This document shows positions 18,168 to 27,260 of a stretch of 64,000 bases of DNA, one piece after another (the stretch's first letter is position 1; every line of letters begins with the position of its first letter). The translations under genes were made by a program, and so were the position numbers. The notes under the pieces were generated by a model. It worked only from the letters and a program-made list of their open reading frames with translations. It was not told the DNA's origin and did not search any database. The stretch is from positions 248,001 to 312,000 of IMG/VR virus record IMGVR_UViG_3300050821_013430. One strand, written 5' to 3'.

Positions 18168-18716
18168 TTACTTTGAGTCTTGTACGACGGGGCCCATCTC
18201 AGCCCAGTCCTTATCTGCTAATCGGTAATTCGAGTACTGCTTCTCTTCGGTGACCTCTTTGGTAATCTCTAACCAAGGCGGTAATTCGACCTTCTGTTGC
18301 TTACTCTCTAATTCCAATTCCAGGATGATCATCCCTTTTCGTTTGGGAAAGATATCCAACTCGAAATCCTGACCATTGTAGTCGAAGGTATAACGGACTT
18401 TGCTTATCGGGTCTTTCTTAGGATCGGCTCGTTCCAAGAACTTATCGTACTGTTCTTTGGTGATTTGGTTCTCGACCTCCCGATTGACACCGTTTTCAAT
18501 CAGGGTCTTCTTAGTATGCCAATAGGTCTTGTTGGTACCGAAGAAATCGTGGCTGACTTCTCGTACTCGTTCAGTGTCCTTGTCGGTAGAAGACTTCATA
18601 TAGGATTGGGAGATGTACTCGATATCTTTGGCATTAGAGACGATATGCTCGATGGCCTCTATCGAAAGAGGGTGCTCGACGCGCCATCTTCTTTCTATTT
18701 CCAATTCGTCAGTCAT
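18168..18716 (-). CDS. CYTH-domain protein (triphosphatase/adenylate cyclase-like)
   Basis: ELEIERRW, ISQSY, RVR, KVR..F..ELDIF, ELELE, YSNYRLA. Confidence 0.88.
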   Translation of the reverse strand: MTDELEIERRWRVEHPLSIEAIEHIVSNAKDIEYISQSYMKSSTDKDTERVREVSHDFFGTNKTYWHTKKTLIENGVNREVENQITKEQYDKFLERADPKKDPISKVRYTFDYNGQDFELDIFPKRKGMIILELELESKQQKVELPPWLEITKEVTEEKQYSNYRLADKDWAEMGPVVQDSK

Positions 18717-19285
18717 TTCCAATTATTGCCATAGATGATGTCTTTGATACAACTTACGGAAACACCATATTTCCGTGCTAAGGTGGTACAAGCACCATAT
18801 TTTGGCCGCTTGATATGATTTGGCATCCAATACGCATCATACTCTTTCCGAATATTTGCTACTTGAACATCAGTAAGAATGGCGCGGCCGTTTTTGCTTC
18901 CACTTTGAGAAATGGACATTTTTTCCAACGTTTCGTTAGTATGTTTCGTGCCCCTTCTCGAAAAACCAAACTCTAATAAATTATAGCCGTTGTCAATGCT
19001 GTCAAATTTTTTGATGAAGAAGTTTTCCCAGTAATCGGCTATTTCTTGCGTATGGCATATCATCAAACAATGGATGAAAAAATTGTCTTTGCCATACTTA
19101 GCGATGGCTCTGGCTATCTTGACACAATGGTTATGCGGGCCTATCCGACAATGAGACATAAATCGAAACTGTAAATTCTTCCAAGTCTGCCCCACATATA
19201 CCTTGTCATTGACCGTATTTCGGATCACATAAATAAAACAATGGGTCGTTTGATTTTCGGCTAAACTTCTTGGGCAATACACCAT
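18713..19285 (-). CDS. GIY-YIG homing endonuclease with NUMOD3/HTH
   Basis: FIYVIRNTVNDKVYVGQT...RF..H...GYN; KHTNETLEKMS; AT-rich. Confidence 0.88.
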   Translation of the reverse strand: MVYCPRSLAENQTTHCFIYVIRNTVNDKVYVGQTWKNLQFRFMSHCRIGPHNHCVKIARAIAKYGKDNFFIHCLMICHTQEIADYWENFFIKKFDSIDNGYNLLEFGFSRRGTKHTNETLEKMSISQSGSKNGRAILTDVQVANIRKEYDAYWMPNHIKRPKYGACTTLARKYGVSVSCIKDIIYGNNWK

Positions 19286-19334
19286 ACAAGTCTGCTAATT
19301 TATTGGCAGATTGCAAGTCATTTCGGAAGTAAGA

Positions 19335-19604
19335 TCAGTGTTTTTCTCCGCACTGAGGGCAATTTTCTTCGGCTATCAGTTTTTTGAGGGCCTCATAGAA
19401 CTCATCGCCATCTTCGAGAACGAAAGAGTAGAGAGACTGCGTTTTGAGATCGTTCCATAGGCTGCCCCCAACGACTTCACGGACTCGATAAGCACACGGC
19501 CCACATACCACGCCAATGAACGATTTTGGATCGAAGACAAGTCTATAATGGTAAGACCATCCCTCGGTCAGTAGTTTGCGACAAAGAGGACACTTATAGT
19601 CCAT
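19335..19604 (-). CDS. CPQCG-tag family, CxxC-CxxC type
   Basis: MDYKCPLC...CGPC...CPQCGEKH*. Confidence 0.8.
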   Translation of the reverse strand: MDYKCPLCRKLLTEGWSYHYRLVFDPKSFIGVVCGPCAYRVREVVGGSLWNDLKTQSLYSFVLEDGDEFYEALKKLIAEENCPQCGEKH

Positions 19605-19848
19605 GTCGTTCTCCGCACTGAGGACAATATCCGAGTTTGATCCTGGCCTTGTATAAGGCACTAACGAAACTTGGGCTTCCCCCATCCACACAGAAAGTCC
19701 ATCCTGCTTCCGTACCCGCATACCACTCAGCATGGAACGGCTCTCCCTTTTCCCGATACACCAATTCAGCGCAGGACAGGCATGTAATCCCAATATTAGC
19801 ACCTATTTCCCTGGGTATTGAACATTGACACAAGAAACACTTAGACAT
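19594..19848 (-). CDS. CPQCG-tag family, CxxC-CxxC type
   Basis: CFLC...CLSC...CPQCGERHGL*. Confidence 0.8.
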   Translation of the reverse strand: MSKCFLCQCSIPREIGANIGITCLSCAELVYREKGEPFHAEWYAGTEAGWTFCVDGGSPSFVSALYKARIKLGYCPQCGERHGL

Positions 19849-20029
19849 GCACTTCTCCGCATTGAGGGCAAGGCTCTTCCACTACCTCAAAGCGAGTTTT
19901 GGCCCAGCACAATCGCTTATTCTCGACCAATTCATAGTGGTTTTTGTGCTCTACTGCGACCGTATAAACTACGGTCATACCGAGAGTGCCGTGGCCAAAC
20001 CCACGATCATTGATGCATCTTACCTTCAT
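19841..20029 (-). CDS. CPQCG-tag family, MKVKCID type
   Basis: MKVRCIN...RFEVVEEPCPQCGEVHV*. Confidence 0.8.
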   Translation of the reverse strand: MKVRCINDRGFGHGTLGMTVVYTVAVEHKNHYELVENKRLCWAKTRFEVVEEPCPQCGEVHV

Positions 20030-20286
20030 AGGTGTTTCTTTCCGCACTGAGGACAATTGCCGTTCTTTCTGCTTTGCAGAATATCCAACACCGCCTTATC
20101 CAAAGGCGAGTCGCCGTTATAGCCAGTTGCTCCGTATTGTCGATACATTCCCGGTAGTCCTAATTTACTTACTGCTTGAACAGCAGGATGTTGATAGGCA
20201 ATTTCAGCACAAGGAATGCAAAGAAACTTAGAACAGCCACTAAGCGCCGTATGTACTTCGATTCTGCATATCTCGCAGTTATTCAT
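20026..20286 (-). CDS. CPQCG-tag family, CxxC-CxxC type
   Basis: CEIC...CIPC...CPQCGKKHL*. Confidence 0.8.
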   Translation of the reverse strand: MNNCEICRIEVHTALSGCSKFLCIPCAEIAYQHPAVQAVSKLGLPGMYRQYGATGYNGDSPLDKAVLDILQSRKNGNCPQCGKKHL

Positions 20287-20473
20287 GTCGCTCTCCACAT
20301 TGGGGACAACCATTCTCTGGCACCTCTACAAAACGCCACTTGAAAAAGACCCAATGCGGATTTCCTAACTCATAGCAATCAGATCGGCTATAATTGGAGC
20401 GAGTTCGATATACCTGGCCCAAAACAAGCCATCCACTGATATCGCCGCTTACATCAATGCACTTGACTCTCAT
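20279..20473 (-). CDS. CPQCG-tag family, MKVKCID type
   Basis: MRVKCID...LGQVY...RFVEVPENGCPQCGERHE*. Confidence 0.8.
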   Translation of the reverse strand: MRVKCIDVSGDISGWLVLGQVYRTRSNYSRSDCYELGNPHWVFFKWRFVEVPENGCPQCGERHE

Positions 20474-20730
20474 TGATGCTTTTCTCCACACTGCGGGCAG
20501 TACAATTCCGCTCGGGCTTTGAGAATGGCTTTTTGGGTAGCCAGATGCCTACCATCTTTCTTTTCCTTCCCATAGCAGATAAATCCCGAACAAGAGCAGG
20601 TGTATTGGGCACCATAGTCTTGCTCTAACATCTTAGCGCAAGGATCGCATAGGTATCCAATACCAGCCCAACCATGCTTGTCAATTAGGCAACTACAAAG
20701 ATCACAGCGTTTTTCCAGATTAGGCATCAT
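20470..20730 (-). CDS. CPQCG-tag family, CxxC-CxxC type
   Basis: CDLC...CDPC...CPQCGEKHQ*. Confidence 0.8.
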   Translation of the reverse strand: MMPNLEKRCDLCSCLIDKHGWAGIGYLCDPCAKMLEQDYGAQYTCSCSGFICYGKEKKDGRHLATQKAILKARAELYCPQCGEKHQ

Positions 20731-20742
20731 TCATCTCCTACA

Positions 20743-20778
20743 CAAAGACAAAAGGCCCAGACCTTTCGATCTGGGCCT
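20743..20778 (-). terminator. Rho-independent terminator
   Basis: AGGCCCAGA/TCTGGGCCT stem followed by TTTTGTCTTTG on minus strand. Confidence 0.75.
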
Positions 20779-20803
20779 CCTTGGCTTACAACCTCATTTT
20801 TGC

Positions 20804-21115
20804 TTACTGGCTATCCGAAGTATCCGTCTCAGTAGATGAGGTCGAATTTACCTTGCGGGTGCCCTTGACTGGCTTCTCGCCGCGAATGTATCCGCCAAAC
20901 TTGCCGCGGGATACATAACCCTCGGGCTCGTTGTTATGAGCAAACCAATCAACGAAAGGTAGCACTGACTTAGGCTCTGCCCCTACCGTGCGACCTACAT
21001 TGATGGACATCTCCATCAGGGAGATGCGATCTCCGAGGCTCATGCTGTCGTTCTCTGTCTCGAATGCGTCGAGGATGTTCCCAACGCGCTCTGTTAGTGT
21101 TTTGCGTGTCTTCAT
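20804..21115 (-). CDS. small putative DNA-binding protein
   Basis: GGAG SD; YVSRGKFGG motif shared with 35987..36343 (YIERGMKGG). Confidence 0.65.
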   Translation of the reverse strand: MKTRKTLTERVGNILDAFETENDSMSLGDRISLMEMSINVGRTVGAEPKSVLPFVDWFAHNNEPEGYVSRGKFGGYIRGEKPVKGTRKVNSTSSTETDTSDSQ

Positions 21116-21170
21116 AATGTCAATTCTCCATAATTGGGCGGTCATCACGACCGTCCGTGTAAGTACCAGG

Positions 21171-21199
21171 AATATAGGGCCCCTGGTGAGCCTTGTCAA
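21171..21199 (-). promoter_or_regulatory. sigma70-type promoter
   Basis: TTGACA-17nt-TATATT on minus strand. Confidence 0.7.
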
Positions 21200-21232
21200 T
21201 GGCCTACTCTCAAACAGGTAGGATAAGATGCG

Positions 21233-21517
21233 CTAATTGAGGAGAGTGGCGCTAAACTCACGATTGATGGCGTCCAAAACTTCGGAATATCCCGCCTTCT
21301 CATCTGGGTCGGTCGTCGTCATCAATTGGTTTCTAATCATCCCCGTATAGAGTTCAACGACTTTTTGGTCGCCCACGGCATCAGCCGCAATTGTCAGTAA
21401 TTTGGATAGGGTTTGGGTGGCCTCTTTGGTTTCCGACCAATCTCTTTCAGGAGAGAGGGTTTCGGCTTTTTTGACGAGGCCGAAGAGGACTTTGACAAGG
21501 CGGTCGAGATCAGTCAT
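21233..21517 (-). CDS. hypothetical protein
   Basis: ORF. Confidence 0.65.
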   Translation of the reverse strand: MTDLDRLVKVLFGLVKKAETLSPERDWSETKEATQTLSKLLTIAADAVGDQKVVELYTGMIRNQLMTTTDPDEKAGYSEVLDAINREFSATLLN

Positions 21518-22112
21518 TCGTTGGGTCTATATCGCCGCTTTCGGAGATCAATTCGCCATATTTGGTGAGGAGGTAATCTGCCATTGCCACTACTTTGTCG
21601 CGACGGTAATACTTGGATTTTGGGGGTTTAGGGACGGGAAGTTTTTCGCGGAGGCCTAATTGGACTTGGCGAGCATAACGGCCCGCGCATTCTCTACCAC
21701 AAAAGGCGGAGACCTTTCCTTTGCTGGACTTGTCTCTAATCAAGCGAGGGCTACGCTCAAACTTCTTCTTGCACATCGGACATTTGAGTTTGACCATTTT
21801 GACCCTGCGAGTATCAGATGCTGAATGTTCGGAGCGAGGAAGTAATTGGAGGTTTTCCATTCGATTATCATTCCTATCACGATTGATATGATCGACTGTC
21901 ATCTCGGCAGGAATATCACCGTGATGCTGCTGATAGAGCCAACGAGCCTCTGACATTGTTTTTCGAGTGCCATCAGGCCAGAGAAGGATGACAAAACTAC
22001 GATCGGCTTTGTTGCGATACGGCCCGAACACTTTTGGCTTCTTTTTTGCCGTAGCAATAAGTTCGTAGAGTTCCGCAAATTCGGAAAGATCGCTATACTT
22101 TTCCACACCCAT
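21510..22112 (-). CDS. HNH endonuclease with zinc-finger extension
   Basis: TVDHINRDRNDNRMENLQLL...EHS; CPMC...FCGREC. Confidence 0.85.
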   Translation of the reverse strand: MGVEKYSDLSEFAELYELIATAKKKPKVFGPYRNKADRSFVILLWPDGTRKTMSEARWLYQQHHGDIPAEMTVDHINRDRNDNRMENLQLLPRSEHSASDTRRVKMVKLKCPMCKKKFERSPRLIRDKSSKGKVSAFCGRECAGRYARQVQLGLREKLPVPKPPKSKYYRRDKVVAMADYLLTKYGELISESGDIDPTND

Positions 22113-22167
22113 ATGCCACTATAATGGCATACCACTATGTATGGGCCCTTATAAAGAAGGCAAATGA

Positions 22168-23346
22168 ATGAAACTCAATGAATACGCTAAGACCTTAGGT
22201 ATCAGTTATAGTGCAGCACGAGATCGTTATTACGGAGGGAAGATAGATGGCGCCTATCAAGATATCAAGGGTAGAAGCCTGCTTATCAATACTGGCGATT
22301 ATGACAATGATCTAATCCAGTGCGGCAAATATCGATACAACTTGGGAACACTTACCAGAGAAGACGCCAACTCATTCTACATCCTCGGCGCATTCATCAC
22401 CGATGGTAATATCATCTCCAACAATGGATGTAGTTGGCAATGCGAAATCAAGTCAATAGACTATGATTGGTTAGAGTTGATGGCATCAAAATTGGGGCCG
22501 GACTTGAAACTACATCCGACACATAATAGGTGTAAGAGGATACGGTTATTCAGCCGAGAAATCGGAGATTGGTTCATCGCTCATAACTGCACGCCTAACA
22601 AGTCGATGACAGTAAAGATGCCTAATGTCCCGTCGCAATATCTACCAGACTTCATTAGAGGAGTAATTGATGGTGATGGAACACTAACCATACCACCCAA
22701 TAGAAGTGATAGGGCTTCGTGCCATGTATCCATAACGACTGCGAGTATCGATTTCGCAATGTCAATGCGGCAGGCGATTTCTAATACCTATGGAGTGTAT
22801 GTTGGCCTAACTCTTCCCAAAATGCGAGACTGTATGATAGATGGACATCCAGTGATAGCGCGAAACCAATTATACACAATAGGGGTAAGTGGGGAGGGGT
22901 GCCGAAAACTACTTGAAAAGGTGTATTTCCCTGGTCATGAAATGGCGCTCAAAAGAAAAGCCGCTCTTGCCTTGAAAATCATCGCCAGACAAGAACAAAT
23001 CGCTTTGCAAGCGGCAGAGCGAAAAACTTACTACCTCAGGTCAGACGGAAGCAAATTCTTTTGGCCACCGATAGAAAATTTGGTCTCAATGATCAATGAG
23101 AGTGGTGTTGAAAATCTCGGCAAGGAATTGAACATCGGCCCACAAGCCATTAGAAGGCAAATCAAGAAGTTTGGGATGGAAGACAAAATCAAGAAGTGGA
23201 AAACACCCAAAAGAGTATTACTACCATTCTCAAAAGAGGAGATTATCGACTTGCTCAAAACGCACAACTATGTTCAGATCGCTAAAATGGCTAACACATC
23301 AACAACTACGCTTCGGCAAAAGATGAAAGAGATGGGATTACCTTAG
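22168..23346 (+). CDS. free-standing LAGLIDADG homing endonuclease with N- and C-terminal HTH
   Basis: FYILGAFITDG and DFIRGVIDGDG; N-terminal MKLNEYAKTLGISY. Confidence 0.85.
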   Translation: MKLNEYAKTLGISYSAARDRYYGGKIDGAYQDIKGRSLLINTGDYDNDLIQCGKYRYNLGTLTREDANSFYILGAFITDGNIISNNGCSWQCEIKSIDYDWLELMASKLGPDLKLHPTHNRCKRIRLFSREIGDWFIAHNCTPNKSMTVKMPNVPSQYLPDFIRGVIDGDGTLTIPPNRSDRASCHVSITTASIDFAMSMRQAISNTYGVYVGLTLPKMRDCMIDGHPVIARNQLYTIGVSGEGCRKLLEKVYFPGHEMALKRKAALALKIIARQEQIALQAAERKTYYLRSDGSKFFWPPIENLVSMINESGVENLGKELNIGPQAIRRQIKKFGMEDKIKKWKTPKRVLLPFSKEEIIDLLKTHNYVQIAKMANTSTTTLRQKMKEMGLP

Positions 23347-23504
23347 TCATATTGCTGCAAATTGTTCATCTCTTGCAGGATTTCGTCCTTGACGCTGGCA
23401 GGAAGACGCATAAGCATATAGGTGTTGAACAAGAGGAAAATGGCCAACAATAGCCAGCCTAAGACATTCCAAACCCGATCCTTGCTATCGTCTCGTCCCA
23501 TCAT
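23343..23504 (-). CDS. small membrane protein (53 aa)
   Basis: Manual translation with one TM segment; ATGA coupling. Confidence 0.5.
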   Translation of the reverse strand: MMGRDDSKDRVWNVLGWLLLAIFLLFNTYMLMRLPASVKDEILQEMNNLQQYD

Positions 23505-23713
23505 AGTAGTTTCCAATACGGTGTCAGCGGAGGATTGATCTTACCCACCAATTTCTCGATTACTTCTTCGAGAGGCCTATCTTCTTCCTCAATGTCGAGG
23601 AAGCGGGCCAGGCGACGGATATCCTCGGGTTTTGATCGACGAAGTTGAGATGCTTTGATTATCACTCTACTTCTCCTTTGCGGTCGCGAGGTGAAAAAAC
23701 CCACACAGACCAC
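23501..23713 (-). CDS. hypothetical protein
   Basis: ORF; true start uncertain. Confidence 0.5.
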   Translation of the reverse strand: MVCVGFFTSRPQRRSRVIIKASQLRRSKPEDIRRLARFLDIEEEDRPLEEVIEKLVGKINPPLTPYWKLL

Positions 23714-23871
23714 ATTGATAGGATTTCATCGGTCGATTATAGAGGGCTGCAACGGTTTTGGCTTCCTCTTTTGCTTTGGTAGCCGTTTTATAGACCGTTT
23801 TACCGCGACACTGATCATTCATATCGTTCATAGCGTCTATGCCTACTGTTTAGTAGTTGGCTACTGAGCCA

Positions 23872-24273
23872 CTATAATAGGTCTTCCCTCAGTTGTTTCT
23901 CGGTCGCTCTAACTTCTTCGAGAGTTTTCAGACCCTCAAACCGTTTGAGACAACTGATGAAATGATCCGATCGATAGTCAGCGCCTACGGCTATCTTGCA
24001 CAAGGTTTTCACCTGATCAAGCCTACACACCCTCATCGCATCGCATAGATAGACCAGCAATGAATGCTCGCTTTGGGCGAGACGCGTCTTGTATTCGCAC
24101 TCGGCGCACTCACCGCCTTCTGCATAAGTAATCCTACCACATCCAGAACATCTCTTTTCCAAACTATCGACCTTAGGTAGATGATGAACCTCAGCGTGCC
24201 TCTTGACATACTCTTCAAGAGAACGAACACGATTGGTCTTGCCATCGTGATATGTCCAACAGAGATGACACAT
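23872..24273 (-). CDS. hypothetical protein with CxxC motifs
   Basis: CHLC, CSGCG, CAEC. Confidence 0.65.
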   Translation of the reverse strand: MCHLCWTYHDGKTNRVRSLEEYVKRHAEVHHLPKVDSLEKRCSGCGRITYAEGGECAECEYKTRLAQSEHSLLVYLCDAMRVCRLDQVKTLCKIAVGADYRSDHFISCLKRFEGLKTLEEVRATEKQLREDLL

Positions 24274-24461
24274 TACCTAACCACCTTCCACACTTCCTCG
24301 CGAATCTGCGTCTTGGCCTTATTGACCTTCCGGCATTCCTTGGCCATTGTTTCGGCCTCTTCGATTGAGAGGTACATCCATTCGTTCCAAGGGCCGATGT
24401 ACTTGCCGTTGCGTTTGTAGAAGACTGAATAGAGTTTAGTCATTACTGTCCCTTTTCCCAT
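24273..24461 (-). CDS. hypothetical protein
   Basis: Coupled ORF. Confidence 0.6.
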   Translation of the reverse strand: MGKGTVMTKLYSVFYKRNGKYIGPWNEWMYLSIEEAETMAKECRKVNKAKTQIREEVWKVVR

Positions 24462-25042
24462 ACAACAGCATACCGTTTCACAACACTTTCCTCATCAATA
24501 TGGCAGTCATCACAAGTGCCACCCAAGGTATTGATGTTGCCAATGAGATATTGAGTGATCTTGCCGCTTCTGTCTTCGATTTCAATCAATACCCCGGCCT
24601 TGTTGAGACCACGGCCGCAAAAGGATTTGGTGTTCTGTACCATATCGTCCGCCTTAGTAATCTCGTCGCACTGCTTATTCCACTCAATCATCTCTGGCTG
24701 CTCATCGAGCCAGGCATTATAGCGCGTAAGAAAGTCGTAGTAATCCAACACCTTGTTGATTACCGGCTTATTGAGTTCTCGGAGATAAGTGTCTCTTGCC
24801 TTGCGCTCACGCCCAACATCTCTAAGCGCTTCGCTCCCGGCATACCAATATTCATCGTGATTAGGATGATCGAGATATGATTCGTCTTCTTTGAGACCGG
24901 GGAAAGCCTTCTGCTCCTCTTCTTTGATAGTAGAGCCTAAGGCGGTTTCAGCCCGAACGCTTAGATCGGGGACGGGCGGAAACTCCGGCCGTTCATAATT
25001 GTAGCACTTGAACGGTAGATTGAGATCAATCCATTTGGTCAT
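24443..25042 (-). CDS. hypothetical protein
   Basis: 199 aa ORF. Confidence 0.7.
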   Translation of the reverse strand: MTKWIDLNLPFKCYNYERPEFPPVPDLSVRAETALGSTIKEEEQKAFPGLKEDESYLDHPNHDEYWYAGSEALRDVGRERKARDTYLRELNKPVINKVLDYYDFLTRYNAWLDEQPEMIEWNKQCDEITKADDMVQNTKSFCGRGLNKAGVLIEIEDRSGKITQYLIGNINTLGGTCDDCHIDEESVVKRYAVVWEKGQ

Positions 25043-25081
25043 TGGGAAGTTCTTTCGTTGGTGTTAGGATGGCATTGAGGT

Positions 25082-25357
25082 ATGCAATTGGAAGCAATTC
25101 AGGAGTTGGCCAATCGGTTCTGCAAACTGGCCATCCATAACTACTATGCGAATGATGGACTGAGCGCCGAGGATCGGAACGAGATCGATCTCTCGATGGC
25201 GAATGACAAGCATTATCCGTCGTGGGTGGCAGACCGCAAAATCTGGGATCGGGCGAAAAAGAAGGTCAATAAGGTATGGAAACGGTACAAGAATCCGTAC
25301 AAGATCATATCGACAATCTACTTTTCGATGCACGGGACAAAGAAAAAGGCTAAGTAG
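25082..25357 (+). CDS. hypothetical protein with N-terminal amphipathic helix
   Basis: Isolated + strand gene; GCAT-N6-ATG upstream. Confidence 0.7.
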   Translation: MQLEAIQELANRFCKLAIHNYYANDGLSAEDRNEIDLSMANDKHYPSWVADRKIWDRAKKKVNKVWKRYKNPYKIISTIYFSMHGTKKKAK

Positions 25358-25358
25358 C

Positions 25359-25673
25359 CTATTCTATTCTCCTAAGCACTTGCGTCGTATGCTTGCGCAC
25401 TTCTACACACGCCAGCCATTTGAGATCATCCAGGTCTTTTGACCGCTCCTCGATATAGCGATTGGCATAGGCTACCGCTTCTTCCTCAGTAGGGAAGAAG
25501 TGCTCTCGTTGCGTGCGCTCATCTGGCTTGTCTATGGGGAGAATAATCATCTCACCATTCTCATCGATATCGTAGGGCAGATCACCAACGTCCCAATCCA
25601 CAGTATATACAGTGTAGTGAGTTTCAATGGGGCCGGGAACGGCGACTTCAATTTGGTAGGGTACTGGTTTCAT
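25359..25673 (-). CDS. hypothetical protein
   Basis: Coupled ORF. Confidence 0.65.
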   Translation of the reverse strand: MKPVPYQIEVAVPGPIETHYTVYTVDWDVGDLPYDIDENGEMIILPIDKPDERTQREHFFPTEEEAVAYANRYIEERSKDLDDLKWLACVEVRKHTTQVLRRIE

Positions 25674-25954
25674 ACTTCCTCGATTACTGCCTTGAATCCA
25701 TAGTTCTGGGCAAACCTAACGAGAGCCTCTAAAAACTGAGGGTCGTTCGGTCTAATTCTCTTCGTACGGATATCGTAGTCAGGCTGACCACTGGTACCAG
25801 TTTCGATTTGTTCTTGCAGCCCAATCTTGATGATTCTCTCCATATCAGGACGCATCAATACGGATGCGCGGACAAGAGTCAGGGCGCCATCATTACTACG
25901 CTCTACCACCGCTAATTCTTTACCATCTCCGCGATCGATTGTTAGTCGTTGCAT
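25670..25954 (-). CDS. hypothetical protein
   Basis: Coupled ORF. Confidence 0.65.
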   Translation of the reverse strand: MQRLTIDRGDGKELAVVERSNDGALTLVRASVLMRPDMERIIKIGLQEQIETGTSGQPDYDIRTKRIRPNDPQFLEALVRFAQNYGFKAVIEEV

Positions 25955-26253
25955 TGGACTGCTTTCAACTCCTGCTTGACTTTTCGTTCCAAACGGGAAA
26001 GAGCGGTAGGAAGGGTTTTGCCGGTCGCCCCCAATACTAACCAGCCATTATCCTTGTCCCACATAGAACCTTCCATCTCGGCATCAACATAAAAAGGGTG
26101 GCCATCTTGGGCGTCATAAACGACGCAAACCTGACAAGCCTTATCATCCACACAATCGATGGCTACCATCACGCTCTCGTAGTATATCTCACTGGCGATC
26201 AGTAATTGTTCAGTTAGACTCTCAATATGCTTGATCTGCGCTACTACTTCCAT
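25942..26253 (-). CDS. hypothetical protein
   Basis: Coupled ORF. Confidence 0.65.
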   Translation of the reverse strand: MEVVAQIKHIESLTEQLLIASEIYYESVMVAIDCVDDKACQVCVVYDAQDGHPFYVDAEMEGSMWDKDNGWLVLGATGKTLPTALSRLERKVKQELKAVQCND

Positions 26254-26281
26254 CTTACCTGCTCAACTTTCAATTCGTCAA

Positions 26282-26524
26282 TTAGAGGCCTTCTAACCAG
26301 GCCAATACTTCCTTCAATTTCCCCTCTAACTCAACCAGTTTCTCTTTGGAGAATTTGCCGGGATTACTCTCGTAATCGGTCAAGGCCTCGTGCAGTTTCA
26401 ATGCTCGGCGCCCAATCTTCTCTAAAAGGTGGGAGTTTCGATTGATCAGGGAAAAGAGGTCGGTGCGGGGAGGGAGGAGTTTCTCTTCCATTCGTTGGGC
26501 CAGGGCTAAAAGATTGGACTTCAT
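26282..26524 (-). CDS. hypothetical protein with N-terminal amphipathic helix
   Basis: GACAT-N7-ATG upstream, no SD. Confidence 0.65.
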   Translation of the reverse strand: MKSNLLALAQRMEEKLLPPRTDLFSLINRNSHLLEKIGRRALKLHEALTDYESNPGKFSKEKLVELEGKLKEVLAWLEGL

Positions 26525-26542
26525 AGAGGAAATGTCGAAGTA

Positions 26543-26833
26543 TTACTTGCGCTTTTTGCGTCCATCCGAGTATGCTTCGGGGTCTGCCCGACTGACATAG
26601 CCTGGGACGGACATCGCTTCATCCGCTTCTTTGACGCACTTGATGGCTAACTCGGTCATTTCCTTATTGACCTCTTTTTGAGCGGCTTTTAGGAAGGCCT
26701 TCTTTTCAGCAGGAAGCAATTCGTCCCAAGCCATTCGGAGAGCACGCATCTCGATCTTCATCTGAGTGAGATCGGTAATGCTTGGCGGGCTACCCAAAAG
26801 AGTCCGCGACCCCATATCTTTTCCGTCTTTCAT
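26543..26833 (-). CDS. hypothetical protein
   Basis: ORF. Confidence 0.6.
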   Translation of the reverse strand: MKDGKDMGSRTLLGSPPSITDLTQMKIEMRALRMAWDELLPAEKKAFLKAAQKEVNKEMTELAIKCVKEADEAMSVPGYVSRADPEAYSDGRKKRK

Positions 26834-26977
26834 TCGCGTGTTTTCCTATCGTGAAAATTGGCCCCAAAGGCTTGCTTTGATACAAGCGTCTACAATATCA
26901 TCCATCTACTCGGCCGCGTCAGATGTTGTTGGGCGCCCACAAAAGGAGGAGGAGAGGGTCGTCCGGTGATGATGTTG

Positions 26978-27226
26978 CTATTTTGCTCCTAAACTACTTT
27001 GGGATTGAACTGTTGCCGCATAGGCTCGTTCGCCTTCGGCTGTAATCTGATACTCACGCATTAGGGTAAAACGGATGAAACGCTGCGCTTCAAGGGCCTG
27101 TAAATCCTGTGCGGCGTGCTTACTGATCTGCAAAACGGCTCTGATGTTGTTCTTGTTTCGATTGTGCTTCTGAATCTGAATGAGGGAGGAGAGGATTTTC
27201 CGTTGGGGGTCAGTCAATTCAGTCAT
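26978..27226 (-). CDS. possible winged-helix protein
   Basis: LTDPQRKIL...LQALEAQRFI...YQITAEGE. Confidence 0.55.
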   Translation of the reverse strand: MTELTDPQRKILSSLIQIQKHNRNKNNIRAVLQISKHAAQDLQALEAQRFIRFTLMREYQITAEGERAYAATVQSQSSLGAK

Positions 27227-27260
27227 TCGATAGTATGCTCCGGTATGCGTAGTGAATTAT

